DNA of 64,000 bases from a virus. A program made the translations under genes and the position numbers. Under the pieces are notes generated by a model. That model saw only the letters and a list, made by a program, of their open reading frames with translations. It was not told the DNA's origin and did not search any database. The stretch covers positions 1-64,000 of IMG/VR virus record IMGVR_UViG_3300032224_001305; one strand, given 5' to 3'. This document shows, piece by piece, positions 57,901-64,000 of this stretch; the stretch's first letter is position 1; the number at the start of each line of letters is the position of its first letter.

Positions 57901-58740
57901 GCACAAAATGCGCTGGCCATATTTAAAGACGCCCAACCAATACTAATAGGTGCTGGTCTAGAACCCTTGCAGAAGGCCGCACACGAAATAAACCTAGCCT
58001 ACCGCAATCAATACAGAAAAGAAGGCGGAGAAGTAAAAGAGTTTATGTCAATGGCCGCTGGTTCTGCAGGTATGACTGGTGTCGTATCCGAAGCGTCTAA
58101 GTCTTTGTTCGCTGCTCTTGGTAACGATAACGTTGGACCAGTGCAGCGCACTCAAGCCATGACTGAGTTCTACGAGAAGATGATTGACAGCAAGGCGACC
58201 GCCGAACAGCTAGGCGCCTTCACGTCACGTATGGGTATGTCTAGAACTGAGCTAGGTATAGACATAGCCGCCGCTGGTGCTGGCTATACCCGTATGTTAG
58301 GTCTCGAAGAGCAATTCTTTGGTAAGGGTAGAAAGGGCAAAGGCAAGCAGTGGGCCGAAGCGTTCTTGGGTACGTCTCTATCTGGCGTAGGACTTGAGGA
58401 CTGGGTAAGTGGTAAATCTAAGACAGCCACTGCTGACGCACGCCAGAGAATAGAAAAGGGCATCATAGATATGATGGTCACTACTTCAGGTGGTGCCCTA
58501 TCACCAGACCAAATACGCACTGCGGAGTCCAACGTACAAAAAGTGCTCGACCACATGAAGGGCGGCGGCACTGGAGATGTAAAAGAGTTGGCCAAACTCT
58601 TCCAAGCTCCGTCGGGTAATGCAACGCCTCCGCCTAATGCCGCACAGCAAGCCAAGTTAATGGCCGACTTCAACACGACGATAGACAGCGTCACTAAGAA
58701 GATGCAAAAGCTTGCAGACGTAATACCCGCAGGTAGCTAA
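54970..58740 (+). CDS. Tape measure-like protein
   Basis: 1256 aa, helical, Ala/Gly/Met/Gln-rich with glycine-rich hydrophobic stretches; downstream of the chaperone-like gene. Confidence 0.65.
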   Translation: MAINSSDISQRIAQDAAAMQAQHMAALQAQYPATGVGPGLQQPMPSDFQAGIPNMAASAATYAGGVPGGLTTGIGLAAAFGYAPRILDPFTQAIHAGKTASAMRGGFMASGAGAAAGIGAAAVTLGGYYAAGAAADYLAFDPFKTGAQMRGQTLGAIHSFMPQAPMSSMASTAAMMENIQRQSGGMYGIGDLSNLMGMGVSGGDIRTMDMNSFQSDFKTLISKTKEVAQALSSSLTEAYGAMKEIKSLGVSDVAGTAYGMRGLGVAAGISPAEMMGIARGGSMLAKQSGISRDIGVSGAMSSAATFGYIGQRKLLGEDFGLEDLGTFQNAGYRFFGSMQGQKVLAAMMNQRGEIDESIAQQIAQGTISKSEINRLSNITLNKRQDLFGAHSSELVATYLSQYGPQGIVNPLSTMTQGMANPLSARQGLTGLNQEQMHELSLLNSSSASLKQQIANAAVEGFAQGTQKLGLQDQLTLAVSKMTAPVREKFQQMGASVAQSIAESIEDVTKDFVTRPTTVTADYSGVRAMRSALSTGNFSRASNIESMLSGGGGLGMRQYQLGPRSGGFLQRNLPRALSAEAYGEEIDLLPTTLGIHGLDSYQSTGDLLEGAALGVGLGGRLAGASYRNAGMLANATLGRAGRYLTGLGAEAAAEGGLAGVGLAAGSVRMAGGALRLASLGARVLGPVGAALAVKDSWELGAKAGHYINALTGMESFADADYTKRGQMMRMAQEAGLADPNEVMRMSDAVHASSGGKDLIEIAGTAQVRYVENPSYDPNYIPPVDATTGYVTHENPVINDPMRMYFKRDASRTLANINKFDTNKTISALTQATDGAFVSQLRGIAGDQTKSTTQKEQELRGLMLQRGADLQRQGKGTSASDLINSNKGAIFALMKEGGHYDETNETYVQQVSSKLDEARNGNRLQNVAADFMSGQMNTYQGLVAEVLTEGKYGIGNKDAFAQEVNRRFTERFTGAEAVQAQNALAIFKDAQPILIGAGLEPLQKAAHEINLAYRNQYRKEGGEVKEFMSMAAGSAGMTGVVSEASKSLFAALGNDNVGPVQRTQAMTEFYEKMIDSKATAEQLGAFTSRMGMSRTELGIDIAAAGAGYTRMLGLEEQFFGKGRKGKGKQWAEAFLGTSLSGVGLEDWVSGKSKTATADARQRIEKGIIDMMVTTSGGALSPDQIRTAESNVQKVLDHMKGGGTGDVKELAKLFQAPSGNATPPPNAAQQAKLMADFNTTIDSVTKKMQKLADVIPAGS

Positions 58741-59040
58741 GGCAATGGCTCTCCGCCGCCAGCTACAGCGTCGGGCGGCGCTGGATACTCTGACGCACGT
58801 CTGAAAGATAACGTGACGGCCTTGCTTGTATCTGTATATGCGAAAATAGGTCTGACCGGAGTTTCTTGGATATGGAATGGTGTGGCCAACGCTATAGGAC
58901 TATATGGCTACGCAGAAGGTGTTCTAGCGCAAGAGGTATTAGAGAAGTATCCAGACACTGTTGGTGTTGACGAGAGTGGTTGGTTATTCGTTCGATACGA
59001 TTTACTTAACGACATGATAGGAAGAGTATCTAATATCTGA
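58741..59040 (+). CDS. Peptidase S74/intramolecular chaperone domain, in frame behind the tape-measure stop codon
   Basis: YSDARLKDNV ... W.WN ... GVLAQEVLEKYPDTV..DESGWLFVRY..L. Confidence 0.7.
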   Translation, partial: GNGSPPPATASGGAGYSDARLKDNVTALLVSVYAKIGLTGVSWIWNGVANAIGLYGYAEGVLAQEVLEKYPDTVGVDESGWLFVRYDLLNDMIGRVSNI

Positions 59041-59050
59041 GGTAATAAAA

Positions 59051-59353
59051 ATGAACAAACTGCGCCGACAATTGCTGAAGATAGCTGGAGCCTATGGCCA
59101 GATAACAGACCCGCAGTCTTCTGCTGGTATACGTCCTGATTCTGAATATCCAGGACCGGGCGAATATGAGCCCTTAGTACGTACAGACACTTCTCGCAAA
59201 GGCGCGTACCCAACGTCTAAGTACAGCGTAAGAGACGAAGAGACGCCGCAGAGATTTGCTCCAAAAAATAATCTAACGGCGGGTTTGTTCTCAGACCCAA
59301 AGAAGGTTACTGACGAGCAGTTGATGCGCTATAAAGATTTAGCCCGTAAGTAA
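59051..59353 (+). CDS. Small protein with N-terminal RxxL[LVI]KxA motif
   Basis: MNKLRRQLLKIAG; GAGGT RBS. Confidence 0.65.
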   Translation: MNKLRRQLLKIAGAYGQITDPQSSAGIRPDSEYPGPGEYEPLVRTDTSRKGAYPTSKYSVRDEETPQRFAPKNNLTAGLFSDPKKVTDEQLMRYKDLARK

Positions 59354-59377
59354 TTACTCGTAATAAAGGTGGCGGAC

Positions 59378-59842
59378 ATGGCAAACGTACGTGAGCAGCT
59401 GATAAAGATAGCAACTGAACTAAACAAGGAAGCAGCGCGCCCTTTGACCTCATCCGAGTGGTCTGGTCGTGCAGCTGGCGAACACCTCTTCAACGCTAGA
59501 TTGTGGGACGCCGAAAGAAAGCGTGCCGAAGGTGCTGCCAGTAGACTACGTACGCAATTTACGGGAGACAGTCCTGCAGCTTTATATGGCCAAGGCTTAG
59601 CTAAGAAGATGGATACAGCCGCTTCTGACTATGCCTTTGGTGCAGCTAACAACTTAGAGCACGCTAAGTACATGGCTGACGTGGGTGCTTCTCACAAGGC
59701 TAGACAGATAGCCGAAGCAGGCATACCCGCAGAACAAGCGGCTAATAACCTCAGTAAGTTCTTAGCCGCATCAAGAGCACCAGAGAAAGCAACTGCCGCT
59801 CCTTCGTTGATGAAGCGCCTACTCGCCAAGATTGCTCGTTAG
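59378..59842 (+). CDS. Protein with N-terminal RxxL[LVI]KxA motif
   Basis: MANVREQLIKIAT...NKEAA. Confidence 0.65.
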   Translation: MANVREQLIKIATELNKEAARPLTSSEWSGRAAGEHLFNARLWDAERKRAEGAASRLRTQFTGDSPAALYGQGLAKKMDTAASDYAFGAANNLEHAKYMADVGASHKARQIAEAGIPAEQAANNLSKFLAASRAPEKATAAPSLMKRLLAKIAR

Positions 59843-59866
59843 TATTTTCTATTAATAAGGTGCGTC

Positions 59867-60175
59867 ATGAATACGAGACTCAGACTGGTAAAGATGGCGG
59901 CTAGGTTACAGCTTGGTATACCAAAGCCACCACCTCCGGTGTCACAACCGCCCGCACCAGAGAATGTGCCTCCGCCTCCTCCACCCCCTGAGCCAACTGA
60001 GATGCCGGGTATGGACTACTCGCGCAACATGCAGCAGCTCCTAAAGACGTACGGGTTAAAGTCTGCCATCAACCCAAATAAGATACTGAAGGGGTTGTCT
60101 GATGTGCAGGACATTAGCCAGTACGTAGACCAGCCCGCACCACCCCCCGCAACACAAGCACCAGCACCTCAGTAA
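59867..60175 (+). CDS. Pro-rich protein with N-terminal RxxL[LVI]KxA motif
   Basis: MNTRLRLVKMAA; polyproline tracts. Confidence 0.65.
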   Translation: MNTRLRLVKMAARLQLGIPKPPPPVSQPPAPENVPPPPPPPEPTEMPGMDYSRNMQQLLKTYGLKSAINPNKILKGLSDVQDISQYVDQPAPPPATQAPAPQ

Positions 60176-60184
60176 GGAGCCTGT

Positions 60185-60610
60185 ATGACACGCGTTCTCA
60201 GTTTAATATCTATCGTAATATTCTTCTTACTTCCATCCACGGCGTACTCATACGACTGGAAGGTAGTGAAGGTGCTTGACGGAGACACCGTGAAGTTTGA
60301 GGTCAAGTTCCTACCTAAGGAGCTAGGCACCAATCTAAGCGTGCGCGTGCTGGGCATAGACACACCAGAGAAAGCTCCGCGTGCTAAATGTGACAAAGAG
60401 GCGCAGCTAGGTCTGAAAGCTACTGAGTTCACCAAGCAGGCGGTAGGGCAAGCTAAGAAGATCGAAGTAGACATCACCGAGTGGGACAAATACGGCGGTC
60501 GTGTACTAGGGCACATCAAGCTAGACGGTAAGCGGTTGTCAGACCTTCTGATAGATGCGGGTCTTGCTAGACCGTACCACGGTGAGAAGAAGTCTGACTG
60601 GTGTAAGTAG
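60185..60610 (+). CDS. Thermonuclease (SNase-like) with signal/anchor
   Basis: V.KVLDGDT, VRVLGIDTPE, DKYGGRVLG, L..GLAR.Y.G. Confidence 0.92.
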   Translation: MTRVLSLISIVIFFLLPSTAYSYDWKVVKVLDGDTVKFEVKFLPKELGTNLSVRVLGIDTPEKAPRAKCDKEAQLGLKATEFTKQAVGQAKKIEVDITEWDKYGGRVLGHIKLDGKRLSDLLIDAGLARPYHGEKKSDWCK

Positions 60611-60613
60611 TAG

Positions 60614-61402
60614 TTAATCTCTACTTAGCAATTTAGACAGCACCAGGGCATTATCGCCTATTTTGCCGTGATACCACGGACTTCTAAACGGCCTAACCGT
60701 TACCATCTCAAAGTGGCCGTCACTCTCTAGTGCTCGCACTGAGTTCTGCGTTTCTGTTCTGGCCATGTATAGGATCTCTACTCTGTCTGGGATATTGCGC
60801 AGGCAAGCTTTCCAAGCCCGATTCAACCAATCGCCATACGTAGAGTCTGACCATAGGACTAGGTATGGGTCCATGTCACATAGCCCGCCACTGGTTGCCG
60901 CGTATGCAATAGACTTACCTCCCCTAGAGTGACCGACCACTACCAGTCTCTGCGGTAGACTCCTCTTCATGGCAGGCACTTTATTCATAGCAGCTTCTAC
61001 CATGCGCTTGAAAGAACCTGGTGTCGTCCATGCTCTACGGGCCTCTATTGATCTCTCATAGGTGCTCCACGGCAGCTCAGGCTCTATCAGCGTGAAACTA
61101 AAGCCACGTTTAACTAATGTGCGGAGCTGTGGGTACATGTTGTGCTTAAAATCATGGAAGCCGTGCATACCATGGCCCCACACTATCACGTAGTGGTATT
61201 TGGCATCCGGGTTCTCATGATGAACCACTAACGTCACCCTCTTTTTATTACGGTGCAGGATATCCAGCTCATCATTACCTTCCATATAGCCGACCCATGA
61301 CCACAGGTCTTCTGCCGCAGCAGATTTAACGTCGTTTGCTATTTCCGGTAATACTCCGTGCTGTATTGACAACCACCCTGCTAGAAGCCACCACATGAAC
61401 AT
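60614..61402 (-). CDS. Alpha/beta hydrolase-fold protein
   Basis: VIVWGHG, nucleophile elbow GHSRGG, WSDSTY, C-terminal His (WYHG). Confidence 0.75.
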   Translation of the reverse strand: MFMWWLLAGWLSIQHGVLPEIANDVKSAAAEDLWSWVGYMEGNDELDILHRNKKRVTLVVHHENPDAKYHYVIVWGHGMHGFHDFKHNMYPQLRTLVKRGFSFTLIEPELPWSTYERSIEARRAWTTPGSFKRMVEAAMNKVPAMKRSLPQRLVVVGHSRGGKSIAYAATSGGLCDMDPYLVLWSDSTYGDWLNRAWKACLRNIPDRVEILYMARTETQNSVRALESDGHFEMVTVRPFRSPWYHGKIGDNALVLSKLLSRD

Positions 61403-61537
61403 CTCCTTGCTAATTCTTACAACGACAATATCATCTCTAATATTTGGTGTTAAGAGCTTTCAAAGCGTAGCGTATTGGCATTACACCCTTTACTTAGTAT
61501 CCTAGTGAACGTGTTACCTACTCTTCGTGAGGAAATT

Positions 61538-62452
61538 ATGCTACGTCACGACAAAAAAGCGCGTCTTCTAGCCAAGGTAGCCGGTAAGGGCGGCAAAGGT
61601 GACGCTAGCGTTTTCACCAGTACTGGCGTAGACGCCGCCATATCACACCATAAGCACAACAAGGGAACATGGGCGTCGGGCACAGACCTACAGCCCGTAG
61701 TTCCAGTTCCCTTAGAGACAAAGCGCCCCATATTGGCGGACGACTTTCCTAAGAACCTTGCTGAGATAGTCAACGCTAAGTACCAGGCCTTGCGTGAAGA
61801 AGCACACCACACTGAGGAGATGCACAAGACTCCTAGCGGTGAGAAGGCTCCCTCAGCAGAGACACTGGTTGACGTAGTTCCCACGGGAGCCGGTAGATTG
61901 CGTCTACAGGCTATTGCCGATGGGCTGACCTCATCAAAGAATACGACTGGCGGTGACTACGATCCGCTCTACCCACGCAAGGTCACCTTTGGCAATGCCA
62001 AGGCCGACAAGCCCATAGCGGTAGGACAGGACAAGGTCGCTAGCCACGAGGGTTGCTGCAACAAGTGTGGTGCCAAGTGCGCTAAGTGCTCTGCCGAAGA
62101 AGAGAAGAAAGAGCATTCAAAGAAGGCCAGCGCAGTTATGGGTAGCCAACTTGGTCAGTTCATCGCTGGCGCTCCTGGTGCAGCCCTAGGCGCAGCGGCT
62201 CTGACCGATAAGAAGAAGAATCGTGGTAAGGCCGCGCTATATTCTGGCCTTGGTTCAGTGGGCGGTACACTGGCCGGTGCTCTTGGCGGAGCAGGCGCAG
62301 GAGCCATAGCTGGACCACACGTTGCCGTACCGTTGGCACTATTAGGTGCCGTAGCTGGTGGTCATGTAGGCGCAGGCTACGGAGCTCATAAAGCAGAGCA
62401 CGGTTCTAAGGTTAGAGCCAAGCTAAAGAAGAACAACAAGAAGAGCAAGTGA
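61538..62452 (+). CDS. Putative inner-head protein with C-terminal glycine zipper
   Basis: ATG at 61538; RLLAKVAG, DKVAS, KKAS; CCNKCGAKCAKC; GxxxG-rich C-terminus. Confidence 0.6.
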   Translation: MLRHDKKARLLAKVAGKGGKGDASVFTSTGVDAAISHHKHNKGTWASGTDLQPVVPVPLETKRPILADDFPKNLAEIVNAKYQALREEAHHTEEMHKTPSGEKAPSAETLVDVVPTGAGRLRLQAIADGLTSSKNTTGGDYDPLYPRKVTFGNAKADKPIAVGQDKVASHEGCCNKCGAKCAKCSAEEEKKEHSKKASAVMGSQLGQFIAGAPGAALGAAALTDKKKNRGKAALYSGLGSVGGTLAGALGGAGAGAIAGPHVAVPLALLGAVAGGHVGAGYGAHKAEHGSKVRAKLKKNNKKSK

Positions 62453-62482
62453 TAACCGCACTTAGCTGTTAGGAGACAGACA

Positions 62483-62995
62483 ATGAACAGAGAGCGTTTA
62501 CTACGTATGGCCGCACTAGCAAACGGCGCGCCGGTTGAGAAGACTGCAGCTGATATTTCTTCATGCAAGGACACGCTGTGCCACGTACTAGGCGCTCTTC
62601 TGGCCCTGCGCCAGATGCACCAGTCGATACACTGGACGCTGTCAGGACCCAACTACTACGGTGACCACCAGCTATTTGGTCGCCTATATGACGCGCAGGA
62701 CGACGACATCGACACGATCGGTGAGAAGATCGTCGCTTTCTGCGGCCCTGACCCAGTAGAGGCGGGTTACCTGTCGAATCTACAGGCAGAATATATCAAG
62801 AAGTGGTCTTCGGGTGATGCGATCAAAGCAGCCCTAGCCGCTGAGCAGGACTTCCAGGCCATCATCAAGGACGTATACGACAAGCTTGAGGAGAACGACG
62901 AGCTGACACTAGGCTTGGACGACTTCTTGATGACCGTGGCTGACAAGCACGAGACGCACATCTACCTGCTACAGCAGAGACTAGGTGGTAAGTAA
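62483..62995 (+). CDS. dps: Dps/ferritin-like protein with N-terminal motif extension
   Basis: HWTLSGPNYYGDHQLF..LY......D.IGEK ferroxidase signature; HE.H.YLL near the C-terminus. Confidence 0.82.
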   Translation: MNRERLLRMAALANGAPVEKTAADISSCKDTLCHVLGALLALRQMHQSIHWTLSGPNYYGDHQLFGRLYDAQDDDIDTIGEKIVAFCGPDPVEAGYLSNLQAEYIKKWSSGDAIKAALAAEQDFQAIIKDVYDKLEENDELTLGLDDFLMTVADKHETHIYLLQQRLGGK

Positions 62996-63018
62996 TTTTC
63001 TAACCAGTAGAGGGCTGC

Positions 63019-63546
63019 ATGTCTAACAGAGACCAGCTAGTAAAATTTGCTTTCGCTACTGGCCTTGTAAAAGAGGCCGTTAATCCTATGGCTGCTGTAG
63101 AAACTGTGGCTAAGGGATACGGCGCAGCAGCGAAAGGCCTAGGGGCAGACATAAAGTCTGGCGCGGGGCAGTTCTTTGAGAATGTGCTGGGCAAGAACGT
63201 TGCTGGTGCTAAAGCAGCGCGTACAGAGGCCAAAGCTGCCATAGGTAAGCTAGACACAGAGCTTACGGAAGCAGCCAAAGCTGGTAAGCCTGTTGAGGCA
63301 CGTTTCGGTGAGTTTGCTCCTCTGAGAGACAACTTAGAAGCGGCAAAGACAGGAGTAGGCGAGGCAGAAATGGCCACCAGAAAAGCTAGACTAGCTGCTG
63401 GTGCCGGTGCTGGCGCGATAGGTGCTGGCCTATTAGGCTTGAAGATGTACCGCAACGCTGCTGCCAAAGCTATGAACCGCAAGCTGCTAATGGGTGCTGG
63501 TGCCGCAGGCTTGGGCGGTTTGGCTCTTGGTTCGGCACTGGACTAA
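63019..63546 (+). CDS. Ala/Gly-rich protein with N-terminal RxxL[LVI]KxA motif and glycine zippers
   Basis: MSNRDQLVKFAF...VKEAV. Confidence 0.65.
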   Translation: MSNRDQLVKFAFATGLVKEAVNPMAAVETVAKGYGAAAKGLGADIKSGAGQFFENVLGKNVAGAKAARTEAKAAIGKLDTELTEAAKAGKPVEARFGEFAPLRDNLEAAKTGVGEAEMATRKARLAAGAGAGAIGAGLLGLKMYRNAAAKAMNRKLLMGAGAAGLGGLALGSALD

Positions 63547-63548
63547 TA

Positions 63549-63773
63549 ATGACGTCTCACTTACGTAGTAGATTAGTGAAGCTGGCGTCCTCTCTGTACA
63601 AGGGGGACGTCCGCTTTATTAATAGAACAAAAGTCACTACGGAAGTGGGTACGAATCAGGTAGTGACCTCTAAGTTATTGGGCCTGCCAGATCCTACGGA
63701 TCTAAGCGTCGTCCCCGTGGGACCTAGCAACCCGCAGAGTGAGACGACACCATGGACCAAGACTCTTACCTAG
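63549..63773 (+). CDS. Small protein with N-terminal RxxL[LVI]KxA motif
   Basis: MTSHLRSRLVKLAS. Confidence 0.55.
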   Translation: MTSHLRSRLVKLASSLYKGDVRFINRTKVTTEVGTNQVVTSKLLGLPDPTDLSVVPVGPSNPQSETTPWTKTLT

Positions 63774-64000
63774 CAAAACAAGCCGCACATGCAGACGATA
63801 GGCTACGTGAGCGTACCAAGGCTCACCCTGCCGTCTTGCATGAGCTACGTAAGAAATTACGAAGAATAAAACTAGAGCGCGGAACCCACCATGCTAGGAT
63901 ACCTGGCGGTGGCTACGCTGTTCTAAAAGATATTGGCGACCGTCATGTAGTAGCTACAGTACTAGCTAGCAACATGAATCCGCCTGGCAAAGACGTAAGT
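63752..64000 (+). CDS. Basic protein, 3' truncated by window edge (MDQDSYLAKQAAHADDRLRER...)
   Basis: ATG at 63752, open to the window end; not in the ORF track. Confidence 0.55.
   Translation, partial: MDQDSYLAKQAAHADDRLRERTKAHPAVLHELRKKLRRIKLERGTHHARIPGGGYAVLKDIGDRHVVATVLASNMNPPGKDVS

Overview
This 64 kb window is part of a large tailed dsDNA phage genome with a contractile tail (myovirus-like, probably jumbo class), read in the standard genetic code. (i) 1-28 kb, + strand: virion morphogenesis block with the end of a tail fibre, inner-head-like proteins, a SNF2-type helicase, GpA-like terminase, putative prohead protease, scaffold-like proteins, major capsid, neck, a 1448-aa sheath and the tail tube. 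(ii) 28-46 kb, - strand: accessory block with a spanin-like pair, a Ycf46-type AAA ATPase/DUF2997/radical SAM/DUF1257 module, degenerate RecA, ParB, two HTH genes, a palindrome-packed 400-bp element, a complete Ubl-E2-JAB-E1 ubiquitin-like conjugation operon, an ultra-acidic protein, an SLT transglycosylase, and 12 tRNAs with TilS and thymidine kinase. (iii) 46-64 kb: a tail chaperone with a -1 slippery site, unknown genes, a tape-measure-like gene with an in-frame S74 domain behind its stop codon, and a cluster of small proteins (including Dps) sharing an N-terminal R-x-x-L-[LVI]-K-x-A motif. Top leads: the phage-encoded ubiquitination operon, and a putative capsid-targeting/K-x-A maturation signal that tags otherwise unrelated cargo proteins. 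All calls come from reading motifs by eye; no database searches were run.
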